Source: an uncultured virus (IMG/VR IMGVR_UViG_3300038428_000489)
Taxonomy: Duplodnaviria; Heunggongvirae; Uroviricota; Caudoviricetes
Length of the DNA stretch: 20,000 nt
Strand: one strand, 5' to 3'
IMG/VR virus record: IMGVR_UViG_3300038428_000489
Shown here: one piece after another, positions 7,101 to 15,534 of the stretch
Layout of the letters: every line of letters starts with the position of its first letter
Numbering within the stretch: position 1 is the first letter of the stretch
The notes under the pieces: model-generated
Seen by the model: the letters and a program-made list of their open reading frames with translations, nothing else
Databases searched by the model: none
What the model was told of the DNA's origin: nothing
Position numbers and translations under genes: made by a program

Positions 7101-10100
7101 GTTCACGGCCAAACATCTCTCCGCTCCGAGCCTTGGTGAAAATATCGTCCACATTCTCGTACCCGGTAATGGCCCTAATGATGCGGGTAAAGAAGTCTTT
7201 GATTTTCTGGAAGATAGTGTCGGGAGCAACCTTGGGGTCCCATTCCTGGTAGGCTTTGGCACGAAGCTCTTCATTGTCGCCGTATTTCTCGGTGACTTTC
7301 GCCAGTTCAGCGGGGGTCAGAAAATACTGTTCAACGTGGTGCCAGAGCTCGTGGTCCAGGGTTCGAGGCCCTTCACCCCGTGCGATTTCAATGAAACCCC
7401 CGAGGTTAAAAGACAACGACGTGTACGCCCCGCGAATAGTTCTTCCTTCAGGATCAATGCCTAAGGCGGCATAATCCGGGCCTATGGTCTCACCTAATCC
7501 GAGTTTAAGAGAACCATCTTTAGCTTCCCGGATGAGAACCATCTGGCCGCTTTTCTCTCGGATGACCCAGCCGCGGTTATCATCTGGCCCAATCTCCCCA
7601 GGAGCCATTTCTGTCACAGTGCCGTTCTTGCCAAAGCGTTTTTGGATGATATCAGTGGTCAGACCGCGGGAAAGAGAGGCTTCCTGTTCAGGGGCAAGGC
7701 TGAACTTTGTGGGTTCGGCGGGGGTTATCTCAGAGGGCGAAAGTTTTGCAGGTTGGGGGCGTTGGCCTCTATCAACTGCGCCAGCTTGGGGTTCTTTTTC
7801 CACAATGCCGACATAGCCGCTTTGACCAGGGAAGAATCTGGCTCGATCTTGCGAAAGGGCGTTTTTAATGGCTCGGTAGGCTTCATTTTTGACGGCTCCT
7901 TTGTTTGCCGACCCCGCCAATGCCTCAGCATATTGATTGAGGGTTTTGCTTGTCTCGCTATCTGCAAGATAAGCGAATTTGTCCACTAATGCAAGGGCAT
8001 TGGCTGATTCTTTGGAAATTAATTTATTGGTTTCAGGGTCTAAAACATTCCCAGCTTCCCTCAGTCTCGTGGTTTTCTTGGAAACTAAGGTAAATAAACC
8101 CCGATCCTGTAAAAGTGATTTGCGGGCATGGCTAAGAATTTCTGCCTTTTCTAAAATTAAGGTATTTACTAGTTCCTGTTCTCCGAATAAATCTTTTTGC
8201 ATACCGGGGACTCTCGGAGCATTAACCGAAAGGCGAATAATCTCCCTAAGTTTATCATTGCCTATTACTTTGCCTTTGCCCTCCCAATCCGATAAAAGTT
8301 TATAAATACCTTCTTGCGCCGAAGGATCACCACCAAGTTCCCGGCCAATAGTCACGGCCTTATCCACGGGGAAACGACCGATGCTGACCTGATGGAAAAT
8401 CGGGTCAATCACCTGAGATAAGGCAACCGCTCTGTCTGTTTTAGCTTCACTCAGAGAAAGTCCCTCATTGGCTAAATCTTCGGGGGTCAACTTCGTATCC
8501 CGCATGAATTTAGCCATGTCCATTTCAGTGCCTCGGCCCTCGGCAATATTGATTTTGGCTCCATAGGCCCTGGCTTCCTGGGCAGACCATTGGGCTGAAT
8601 CAAGAATCTGCGCCCGAACATCTTTAACACCAAGCCTTTTAGCCAAGGCCAAGCGCTGATGACCGTTCACCACGAATTGTTCACCATCGGGGGATTTCCA
8701 TAGAGTGACGACACCGCCAAGTCCCTCATCCCATTTCTTCACATCTTTAAGGGCTAAGCCTGCGCCCGTTTCAGACTCGTAGCCTTGCTTGAATTGAAAA
8801 GTCTCAGGAGCAACCTTAATTTCTTGAACAGGAACACGCTCAATAGCTATCCCCTCCCCCCCAGCTTCCGGGGCGGGTTTCGGGGCGAGACCGAAGGCGG
8901 CGCCTACCCCACCTTCCGGGACTTTCGGGGCGAGGTCGGGAAATCTCTTTAAAAGGGAATCAGATACTTTCTCTCCTCGTGCAAGTTTAGCCTCTGTCAG
9001 TCTTCTTAATTTTGCATCTGGCTCTTTCTCTGGACCTTGCTGTTCCTCTTTAAAAAATCCTGCTTCCTTCCTCAATGCTTCTTCTTTTGAAGTTTTAGGC
9101 GTTGCCCTTTGTTCATCGTAATTTCCTGTTAAAGTATAATTTAATTGTTTCCGTCTGTTGGTAATTTCTTTTAATGCTTCTTCCTTTGTGTTAAAAGTTT
9201 CATCGCTTCTTTTTAATCCATCTTCATTGAATACTCTTAAACTCCATAGATTTTTGTTTTTATATTTATTAAATTCATTCTTTAATTCATAAGTATATTT
9301 TGGTAAAGAGCCACTTTCATAGGCATTTATCCAATCAACAGCATCTGAGCGGTCTCCGTACATTGACTTTTTGATACCAAGGCTTTCATTGGCAACCAAA
9401 ATACCATCTGTTACTTTGTCAATTTCCCATCCCGGAGGAGCCTTTTCCCCCTCCCCCTTCCCAGCTTCCGGGGCTTTCGGGGCGAGGTCAGTCTTGGCTT
9501 CCGGGGGCGGATTTTTGGGAAATATTATTTTACGCGCTTGGTCAACACCACTAAGTTGTCTCGCAATGCTGTCGGCTTCAACAAATTGGTTTGTTCCAAC
9601 AACAGGTCTATCCCCGAAAAATTCTACATTAATTCCATACTTAGGAATTTCAGTAGATTTGTCATGGACAATAAGGGTCAATATGGGCTTGTGGTTTTGG
9701 TCTGCAAGCTTCTGCGCTTGCTTTAATTGCTCCTGACTTATTTCTCCGCTACGTTGCAACTTAAAGGGTTTATCTTCTTTGGTTCCATGAACACGACGCG
9801 GCATTGGTTCTCCTTTTTCTGCCCATGCCGTTACTGTTTTTTCAAGTTCTTTTTCAAAGGTGGTTTCTAACTCATCAGGGAAAACTTGATAGAATCTATT
9901 TCTATCTCGCTTTAATTCTCCCCACGGCTCTTTCGCCGGGGCTGCGGCCTCACCAGACGGCGCAGGAGGCACGGTAGAGGACGGAGCAATGGTAGGGGCA
10001 GGGGTAGTCCCTGCCTTAGGCATCGGCTGATCCGGTAGTCCCGGTTCGGGAGCGGGTGGCATCTTCTCTGTCGGTTCACCTCCCGCCGGGGTCGGTGAAA

Positions 10101-11865
10101 TTCCCACGTTGCCGGGACCTCCCGCCTGGGCCGGGGCGAAAGAAGGAGGTTCCTCGGCAGCAGGCGCGGCAAATCGAGGACCTGTCGGGGGTTCTTCTTT
10201 GGGAAGGCTCTCGGGAATCTCGTTTTGACGGCCAGCGGGATTTACTGGGGGCAGACCCTTGGAAACTAACCCCGGCTCCGGGGCAGGTACAGCAGGGGAA
10301 GGGGACACCTCGCTTGGAAAAGCAGCCGCCCCGGAGGTCGGCCTGATTCCTTCTCTCCCCATGGGTTGAGCAATGCCCGCGGTTATTTTTTCCCCAGCCT
10401 CTTTCAATGCCTGATCCGCCAAGAACTTTTCATGGGCATTACGCTGAGTCGGATCTACTGCAATAGCTGCCTGGACTTCATCGGGACGGGCCGGTTTGCC
10501 ATCCGGGCCAAGAATTTGTCCCGGTCCATGTGCAGCCTCTCCAATGACCGCACCCTTCCCGCCCCGGTAGTAGCTCGCAACATTGACTTGGGCTTCTTGG
10601 TGGGCGGCTTGAAGATCCAGGGTAAGGCTCTTTTGCCACTCATCCAGAGCTTTGGCTCTATTTGCCTCAGCGGTACTTTTAGCTATACGATCTCGGGCCA
10701 AGCCAATCTCGCTGTGGATACCGGAAATAGCCGTCCCCAGAATAAGGCTCTCAAGGACTCCCTGAGTCACCTGGCGGTCGGGATTGTAGCCGAACTTCTC
10801 GAAGGCGTTCTCAATGATATTGAATCCCGCCATGGCCCCGCCGCCCATGGTAGCATTAACCGCTCTCTGGGCAATGGCTTGGCCTGCCTTCCCTTCAAAA
10901 ATCTTGGCAATGGCCGTAGAAGCCTTAATACCTTCCGGGCCTACTAGTTTGCCCAGCACCTTACCGGGAAGAACAGCGCCAGCGGTCCCGGCTCCCAGAC
11001 CGATCATAATTTTTTCTACTGTCGGAATTTCCTTATTATGCTCCTTCTCCCAGGCCATCATGCGCTGGCCGGCATCACTGATACCGATGAGGGCACCGCC
11101 GATCTCACCTCCAATCGCCCCGGCAGCGGCGGCAGTAACCCCCAGAGCCGGGGCAACCACCTCGCCTCCGAGGGCCAGGATAGCAATGGGTAGAAGCTGG
11201 ACGGCCAGGCTGGGCATGGATGAGGCCCACCACTTGGGATTGACCAGCAGAGAAGGATGCTCAGTTATCCCACCGGACACCGAAGGAGAAGGAGCATATT
11301 CACGCTCTAATTTCTCCCCGGTCTCGGCCAGACCTTCACCGGCCTTCATCCCGAAAGCCCCCATGATGGACCGGGGCATCGTCAAGACCCCGCCTAATCC
11401 CCGGGCAAGGCTGGCTCCGATTTCATCGAGGAAACCCCCAACTCCGGTACGCTCCCCTGGCGGCCCTGCCGGTGCAACAGCACGGGTCGGAGCAAGGGCC
11501 TCGGGTAACTGACCTGGAGGTGGACTCGCTGGTGCGGCAAGAGGCGGTTCAGGTACGGCAGTAGGTCTCGGAGCCAAAGTAGGAGGCAATTCAGTCGGTG
11601 CCCCGCCTGTGCCTCCCGGCGGTTTGGCTACTTCTGATACAGGAGTCTTTGGTGCCAGTTCGGGAGTAGCCGGTTTCAGCCCAATCTTCCCCATAAAATC
11701 GGGGAAGGTGTCAGGCGGTTTTGCAAGTTCCGCCGGAGGTTGCCCTGCATATCCTCCTGGCCATTTGGGGGTGGGCAGACCTGTGGGTTCAGGGGCTTGA
11801 GGTGTCGGCGCAGCGCTGACCTTCAATCCGATACTACCCATGAAGTTGTCAAAATCATCGGCCAT
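4156..11865 (-). CDS. Large polyvalent / internal virion (ejection) protein, 2569 aa
   Basis: Pro-rich disordered N-terminus; Gly/Ala-zipper hydrophobic region; ParB-like domain (VVNGHQRL); HELWH metallopeptidase followed by IFQKIKDFFTRI; long helical C-terminal region with a hydrophobic segment (YATGLLFSVGMMGGLMHWAF). AAGGGA RBS. Confidence 0.88.
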   Translation of the reverse strand: MADDFDNFMGSIGLKVSAAPTPQAPEPTGLPTPKWPGGYAGQPPAELAKPPDTFPDFMGKIGLKPATPELAPKTPVSEVAKPPGGTGGAPTELPPTLAPRPTAVPEPPLAAPASPPPGQLPEALAPTRAVAPAGPPGERTGVGGFLDEIGASLARGLGGVLTMPRSIMGAFGMKAGEGLAETGEKLEREYAPSPSVSGGITEHPSLLVNPKWWASSMPSLAVQLLPIAILALGGEVVAPALGVTAAAAGAIGGEIGGALIGISDAGQRMMAWEKEHNKEIPTVEKIMIGLGAGTAGAVLPGKVLGKLVGPEGIKASTAIAKIFEGKAGQAIAQRAVNATMGGGAMAGFNIIENAFEKFGYNPDRQVTQGVLESLILGTAISGIHSEIGLARDRIAKSTAEANRAKALDEWQKSLTLDLQAAHQEAQVNVASYYRGGKGAVIGEAAHGPGQILGPDGKPARPDEVQAAIAVDPTQRNAHEKFLADQALKEAGEKITAGIAQPMGREGIRPTSGAAAFPSEVSPSPAVPAPEPGLVSKGLPPVNPAGRQNEIPESLPKEEPPTGPRFAAPAAEEPPSFAPAQAGGPGNVGISPTPAGGEPTEKMPPAPEPGLPDQPMPKAGTTPAPTIAPSSTVPPAPSGEAAAPAKEPWGELKRDRNRFYQVFPDELETTFEKELEKTVTAWAEKGEPMPRRVHGTKEDKPFKLQRSGEISQEQLKQAQKLADQNHKPILTLIVHDKSTEIPKYGINVEFFGDRPVVGTNQFVEADSIARQLSGVDQARKIIFPKNPPPEAKTDLAPKAPEAGKGEGEKAPPGWEIDKVTDGILVANESLGIKKSMYGDRSDAVDWINAYESGSLPKYTYELKNEFNKYKNKNLWSLRVFNEDGLKRSDETFNTKEEALKEITNRRKQLNYTLTGNYDEQRATPKTSKEEALRKEAGFFKEEQQGPEKEPDAKLRRLTEAKLARGEKVSDSLLKRFPDLAPKVPEGGVGAAFGLAPKPAPEAGGEGIAIERVPVQEIKVAPETFQFKQGYESETGAGLALKDVKKWDEGLGGVVTLWKSPDGEQFVVNGHQRLALAKRLGVKDVRAQILDSAQWSAQEARAYGAKINIAEGRGTEMDMAKFMRDTKLTPEDLANEGLSLSEAKTDRAVALSQVIDPIFHQVSIGRFPVDKAVTIGRELGGDPSAQEGIYKLLSDWEGKGKVIGNDKLREIIRLSVNAPRVPGMQKDLFGEQELVNTLILEKAEILSHARKSLLQDRGLFTLVSKKTTRLREAGNVLDPETNKLISKESANALALVDKFAYLADSETSKTLNQYAEALAGSANKGAVKNEAYRAIKNALSQDRARFFPGQSGYVGIVEKEPQAGAVDRGQRPQPAKLSPSEITPAEPTKFSLAPEQEASLSRGLTTDIIQKRFGKNGTVTEMAPGEIGPDDNRGWVIREKSGQMVLIREAKDGSLKLGLGETIGPDYAALGIDPEGRTIRGAYTSLSFNLGGFIEIARGEGPRTLDHELWHHVEQYFLTPAELAKVTEKYGDNEELRAKAYQEWDPKVAPDTIFQKIKDFFTRIIRAITGYENVDDIFTKARSGEMFGREPRGKELPEALAPTRYRVREDEGVEGERPWQIVGGITGAVKGNVEAAHAHYTGVKDTLSRLFYPARRTEEGRWTHQIIAGRTAEVQAEVTRMNRSFADFDKDTRFDDPRVLDFLRLYESGKADQVKDPTLKAFADSYKPEERRQVAAIHELGISMNDLSNYMDHLWKPSEKLEALKKAIFEGRTRSLEGPQYFRNLRTVVSIPAGIEAGLEPRFPTLAQSVMAGRAAHEAFIGSQRIIADLKNAGKVEVVKSLDRMPEGYRQFPGSYGEVWKKVERRAVQAIPERADEETLPLGGSDRQITIPGAKKGGIIPGGERMGYEEIPALKGWMRVGYRVGPDEVVRQVENFVGRGLEGSDAYQLYTRSLYGIRHMQMALSGWHFFFEGINSMASQSWAGLSDTVGGLFHGDLPRVAGGLGQLVTAPAALPIYMRQGLKFDRALMNPEKADAHVLEIAKILVGGGTRPAAETNLKKILAGHLQDVWEAGPLHPLQATGHLLKTASAGLMDYVVPQGKNGQIYLEFNKEVERFQRTQGRPATPEEEARIAYEVREHADNVWGEVAKDNVAMNATVKSLFGAIIQFPRFNIGSAKLASRSFAGAKDVLMKAVDFARGEPVRDLKMQDRLALQYATGLLFSVGMMGGLMHWAFTGKKPEQLKDYFYPATGETMPNGAEERLQLPSYLKDAMGLWKHPFRTVTAKEATFIHIISDLIENKDYWGNQIADHYDPYSQQAWGVLKYMTKQASPFILQSYQKGAKQGPERAALSLFGVRPVPREIANTPAQNVIDEYKQLMRASTTTKESAETKKLRGDLTKMARDEDSEGFEEAATQAVSEGKLTRQQVKEIVEESQVPAGQARFYRLPLEWMARTMEQASDYERQQWTPLMQRKIANAKPEMLIRNRDALVPLLRELDMDKVADTIQDMQMPEEPLAGQDLTGLGILRPATETPGMDEVNEAISADIEKNLEKVGQPGKTRKKTDRYQFLGL
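7100..7650 (-). other. Zincin-like metallopeptidase domain within the 2569-aa protein (approximate bounds)
   Basis: IRGAY...FIEIA...RTLDHELWHHVE (HExxH at 7339-7353), downstream EELRA as possible third ligand, then the FQKIKDFF helix typical of this domain in polyvalent proteins. Confidence 0.8.
7860..8850 (-). other. ParB/Srx-like domain plus helical extension within the 2569-aa protein (approximate bounds)
   Basis: VPVQEIKV...FQFK...VVTLWKSPDGEQFVVNGHQRLALAKRLGVKDVRAQIL...NIAEG; NGHQR at 8653-8667 matches the ParB-N GH-x-R motif. Confidence 0.8.
8860..9489. repeat. GC-rich intragenic direct repeats: 25 bp at 8913-8937 and 9465-9489 (24/25 identical), plus a split third copy at 8860-8889
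   Basis: cttccgggactttcggggcgaggtc versus cttccggggctttcggggcgaggtc; cccagcttccggggc at both 8860-8874 and 9460-9474. They encode DLAPK(A/V)PE and LAPKPAPEAG linkers. Confidence 0.9.
10714..11210 (-). other. Gly/Ala-zipper hydrophobic, membrane-inserting region of the 2569-aa protein
   Basis: LAVQLLPIAILALGGEVVAPALGVTAAAAGAIGGEIGGALIG, IMIGLGAGTAGAVL, ATMGGGAMAGF and LILGTAISG, with repeated GxxxG motifs. Confidence 0.7.
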
Positions 11866-11874
11866 GATATTCCC

Positions 11875-12945
11875 TTACGGGCCAAAGACGCCATATTTCG
11901 GCTGAGGTTGTTGAAAAAGCGGTGTTTCTGATTTAACTTCTGAACCACCGCCAAATCCAGGAACTCCCGTAGGCACTGAAGCTGGAACGAAAGGCGCAAA
12001 CGCGCCGCCCATTGGGCCAGCCTCAGTAGGCGCCGCTTCCCACCAGTGCGATTTAGGCGGCGGAGGCGGTGCCGACCTGACCTGCGCAAGCAACCGCGCC
12101 CAATGTTCCGGGTTTGCCTGGCCTGTATTCAGCCAAGTTTCAATGTCGGCATCCGGGCGTAACGGCTGGGTTAGAAGCCATTTGCGAACTTCTTGCCGCT
12201 CTGCGAATAGCTTTTTAGCAGCTTCAAACCCCTGAGTTCCGGCGACACTTCTCGCCGCCATCTGATCACGAGCCATTCCTTCATCTTTGGGCATAAAGCC
12301 CAACTTTCCACTCTTTGGGTCAAAAGTAGTGTAAGGACTTTCGTTATGAAGCCAGGTATCGAAAGCCTTGCCTTGCTCTTCTGCCTGCTGTTTCGGCAAT
12401 GCGGCCCTTGCCTGCTCCGTGGCAAATTCTTTTGCAGGATCTCGGTTATAAGCCGCCATAGCTTCCACATGAGCTTTAGCCTCAATTTGTGCCTTCTCAA
12501 GTTCGGTTGAACGGAGCATCCCTGCCCTTGTGGTCTCACCCGCTTCCCGCGCCATCCCCTCATGCCATCTTTGAACTGCTTCTGGATAATCCTCACCACG
12601 GCCCTCACTTGTGAATACCTGGGAAGATGGATGGCCTGTGCCCCTGATTTCCTCAATCCCGAGATTGTCTTTACCCAAAACCATGCTTCCACCTGGGGAT
12701 GTTCTAAAAGGGGTAAATTCAGGTTTGCCTCCGGGCGTAGCCTCGGCCAGATTTGCTCCTGGTGCTGTTATAACACCCGCAGACGGTGGACCGGCACCTC
12801 CGACGCGGAATGGCCCGGCACCCCTAGCTTCGGTCCTTGGTTCCACAAATGGACTACCACGACCTGCCTCGCGAGCCGCAGCCGCATCTTCTGCGGCAAA
12901 TGTTTTTTTGTCCCAAGGCATAACAGCAATTTGGAATTCAGCCAT
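11875..12945 (-). CDS. Probable internal virion/ejection protein (low-complexity, A/G/P/E-rich, central helical part)
   Basis: AGGAGG RBS within the end of the upstream gene. Composition and position directly before the giant protein; function is inferred. Confidence 0.6.
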   Translation of the reverse strand: MAEFQIAVMPWDKKTFAAEDAAAAREAGRGSPFVEPRTEARGAGPFRVGGAGPPSAGVITAPGANLAEATPGGKPEFTPFRTSPGGSMVLGKDNLGIEEIRGTGHPSSQVFTSEGRGEDYPEAVQRWHEGMAREAGETTRAGMLRSTELEKAQIEAKAHVEAMAAYNRDPAKEFATEQARAALPKQQAEEQGKAFDTWLHNESPYTTFDPKSGKLGFMPKDEGMARDQMAARSVAGTQGFEAAKKLFAERQEVRKWLLTQPLRPDADIETWLNTGQANPEHWARLLAQVRSAPPPPPKSHWWEAAPTEAGPMGGAFAPFVPASVPTGVPGFGGGSEVKSETPLFQQPQPKYGVFGP

Positions 12946-12948
12946 GAT

Positions 12949-13986
12949 TTATCCTCCTGCTGGATTATCCAGCTCGTAAAAACTAATCGGGACTATTTGC
13001 CATGTATCCCCAAAAGCCTTCATGTCATCATCGCTCCAAAGCTGGCTGGTTTTGGTCGTGGTCACATCCTTCAGAATGGTCACCCGATCCCCAACTTGAT
13101 AAGTGGCAAAATCGCTGGGAGTCGCGGTCACTATACCATCAGAGTTCGCATCGGTTACCCGCCATTTGACCTTGTAAGTCGGATAAGGCGTATCCACAGT
13201 CGGATCGATAACCTCGGTGACCACCCCGCTGGTGTAAAACACGGTGTCCATCCAATGGCCAGCATACATGAAAGGTGAAGATAGCTGCGATTGCGTCCCC
13301 CAACAGACATCCGGCATCATTCTGACCCCCAGGGCCAGGAGTTCCCCGGGCACCGGCCATTTAGGCGGATTCCCCGACGCATCGCTCGCGGGCATATTGA
13401 TCCTGAACCACCAATGGGGTTTGGTGGGTGCGGGCTGCCCATTTAGATTCTTTGCCAAAATTTGTGCAGGCACTCCGGTCACATTCTGTTGCGTAACTTG
13501 ATCAAAATTGGCCGCGACCAACGAGGTAAGATTCAATAAAATCTTGTCCTTGTCCGGCCACTGGAAGAAGGTCTCCGGCACTGGCGCCACCACCTTGTCG
13601 TCCCCAGGAACGGCCGTCACCTTATCCGGCGTGGTTGAGTATTGTCCAATAGCCATCAACATCTCTACAGCCGGGACTCCCTTATCTTCAATCGGGAACC
13701 CTGCCAAAAAATCTATGAAGCCGCTTACCGGCTGCTGATTAACAAACACCGCCTCCTGATAGTGAAAGTCCGCACCATAGATAGGAAACTCGAACCGGGC
13801 CAAAAAGAGTCGGTCAGTCCCCGCCAGGGTCTGAAACGGATTGATCTGTAAATTCTTTACCATGTCCTGCAACGAATCCCCGGCTTGGTCGGCAATATCG
13901 TCCATCCCCTCATCCGAGTCCATGATCCACCAAGTAGGACCAAGATCCTCTCTATAAGGTAAAAAATCTTCGGGGTCCCAGGGCAT
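12949..13986 (-). CDS. Hypothetical structural protein, acidic and Trp-rich, with possible C-terminal OB-fold
   Basis: Starts 1 nt after the upstream stop. C-terminus SGVVTEVID...TYKVKWR...IVTATPSD...YQVGDRVTILK follows an OB-barrel strand pattern. Confidence 0.7.
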   Translation of the reverse strand: MPWDPEDFLPYREDLGPTWWIMDSDEGMDDIADQAGDSLQDMVKNLQINPFQTLAGTDRLFLARFEFPIYGADFHYQEAVFVNQQPVSGFIDFLAGFPIEDKGVPAVEMLMAIGQYSTTPDKVTAVPGDDKVVAPVPETFFQWPDKDKILLNLTSLVAANFDQVTQQNVTGVPAQILAKNLNGQPAPTKPHWWFRINMPASDASGNPPKWPVPGELLALGVRMMPDVCWGTQSQLSSPFMYAGHWMDTVFYTSGVVTEVIDPTVDTPYPTYKVKWRVTDANSDGIVTATPSDFATYQVGDRVTILKDVTTTKTSQLWSDDDMKAFGDTWQIVPISFYELDNPAGG

Positions 13987-13987
13987 C

Positions 13988-15526
13988 TTAGCTGATAAAC
14001 TCCGTTTCGTTCAAAGTAGTGTAATCCCATCTCGTCATTCCTGCATAAGTAGCTATTCTTGCAGCCTCAAGCAATTCCTTCGCCCAAGTTTCCTTGTCCT
14101 GCTCACCCTGAAAGTAATATAGGTTTTCATCCATCATCCGCTCTTTGGCGGCCACCAGGGTTCCCTGTAAAGTCGCCTCTTCCCCAAGTTCGATCTGAGT
14201 CTGAGTGTCCTTGTAGGTGAAGGCGGTCTGCTCATTATCCATCGCGGTATTTCGTAGATCCTCCGCCGTCTCTCCATCGGTCAAAAGCTGAGGAAGTATC
14301 TTAGCTATTGCCTGCTCCGCTGCCAGCTTGAGATTTTCTATTAGGGTGTCGGTATCGTATTGCTGAATCATGTCGTCCAGCTTGGATTGGAGAAACCCGA
14401 ACCCGGCCTGGATCTCCTGGGTGCCAATGTCCAGCTTTATAGCTTCCAGTTGAATCATCAGCACCTTGACAAAAAGCTCGGCTACCTGGGCCTGCAATTC
14501 TGCTTTCTGAGCGGTGGTCATTGCTATTTCCACCTGGGCTTCTTCGGCCTTTACCTCAGTCTCGCCTGCCTCCACCCCGGCCATGGCGGCCCGCACCGCC
14601 GCCTTTAAAGCCTCCAAATTAATCTTGACAATCTCGGTAACTATAAACTGCTGATTGATGGACTCTTTGACAATATTGGCCTGAACCTCTTGCAGGTGCA
14701 CCGCCTCCTGGTTAATGGCCAGGGTGGTTTTCTCCACCTCCACCTCAGCCTCACCTGCAGCTACCTCCGCTTCAGCGGCCCGGAACATCGCCTTCTGCGC
14801 TTTCAGCACAATCTTAGCAATGTCGGTTTGCAAAAACGCCTGATTGATGCTCTCTTTGATAATGTCGTCTTGCACCGCCTCAAGACGCAACTCCTCTTTG
14901 GCGATGGCCAGGTCTGCTTCTTCAACCTTGACCTCGGCCTCCCCCGCGCCTACCTGGGCCTCGGCGGCTTTTACGATGGCCTCTTGCGCCACTATCTGGT
15001 TTTTGGCGATATCTGTCGCCACAAACTGCTGGGCGATTCCTTCTTCGATAATCTTATCTTCGACATCTTGCAGGTGCAGGGCCTCTTTAGCGATAAATAG
15101 GGTTACTTCCGATGCCTCCACCGCCAACATCTTGAGTTCCACCGCCGCCGCGAACTCCTGGGTCCCCATAAGCAGCGAGCGCACTTTGGCGCTGTAAAAA
15201 TCCGCGGTCAGCACATAATCGTTAGTCGCTTGCTCGATGGCCAGCTTCACTAGCCCGGTTTCCACTTTCATATCGGCAATCAAGCGTTCTTGATTCACCA
15301 CCGCCTGATCTACCTCGTTGCTCCGCTTGACCTGGTACTCCTTAACCCGCCAGTTCTCATCAGCAATAGCCATGGGATTGGCCACCCCCGCCCGTCCCAG
15401 GTCATTGAGCACCTTCTGTTCAGCCGCCAGAGGGCACAGAAGTCCACCCCACTCGAAGGAAACCCACAGGGTCCTATTGCGCTCCCAGGTACGCTCTCTC
15501 AATTCTCTTTTAGCGATAGTTTCCAT
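13988..15526 (-). CDS. Long acidic coiled-coil virion protein B (512 aa) with 3 x 63-aa repeats
   Basis: A/E/Q/K-rich heptad pattern, almost no Pro; AAGGCGG upstream of the start. Confidence 0.8.
   Translation of the reverse strand: METIAKRELRERTWERNRTLWVSFEWGGLLCPLAAEQKVLNDLGRAGVANPMAIADENWRVKEYQVKRSNEVDQAVVNQERLIADMKVETGLVKLAIEQATNDYVLTADFYSAKVRSLLMGTQEFAAAVELKMLAVEASEVTLFIAKEALHLQDVEDKIIEEGIAQQFVATDIAKNQIVAQEAIVKAAEAQVGAGEAEVKVEEADLAIAKEELRLEAVQDDIIKESINQAFLQTDIAKIVLKAQKAMFRAAEAEVAAGEAEVEVEKTTLAINQEAVHLQEVQANIVKESINQQFIVTEIVKINLEALKAAVRAAMAGVEAGETEVKAEEAQVEIAMTTAQKAELQAQVAELFVKVLMIQLEAIKLDIGTQEIQAGFGFLQSKLDDMIQQYDTDTLIENLKLAAEQAIAKILPQLLTDGETAEDLRNTAMDNEQTAFTYKDTQTQIELGEEATLQGTLVAAKERMMDENLYYFQGEQDKETWAKELLEAARIATYAGMTRWDYTTLNETEFIS
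14534..15100 (-). repeat. Three tandem 189-bp (63-aa) repeats in protein B
   Basis: Units start at 15100, 14911 and 14722: LFIAKEALHLQDVEDKIIEEGIAQQF / LAIAKEELRLEAVQDDIIKESINQAF / LAINQEAVHLQEVQANIVKESINQQF; each contains AGE(A/T)EV near its end. Confidence 0.92.
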
Positions 15527-15534
15527 AACCGCCT

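Noticed and set aside
4156..11865. Tape measure protein or virion RNA polymerase call for the giant ORF
   Set aside because: No regular TMP-like aromatic periodicity or recognisable RNAP catalytic motifs; the Pro-rich linkers with ParB and HExxH domains fit a polyvalent protein.
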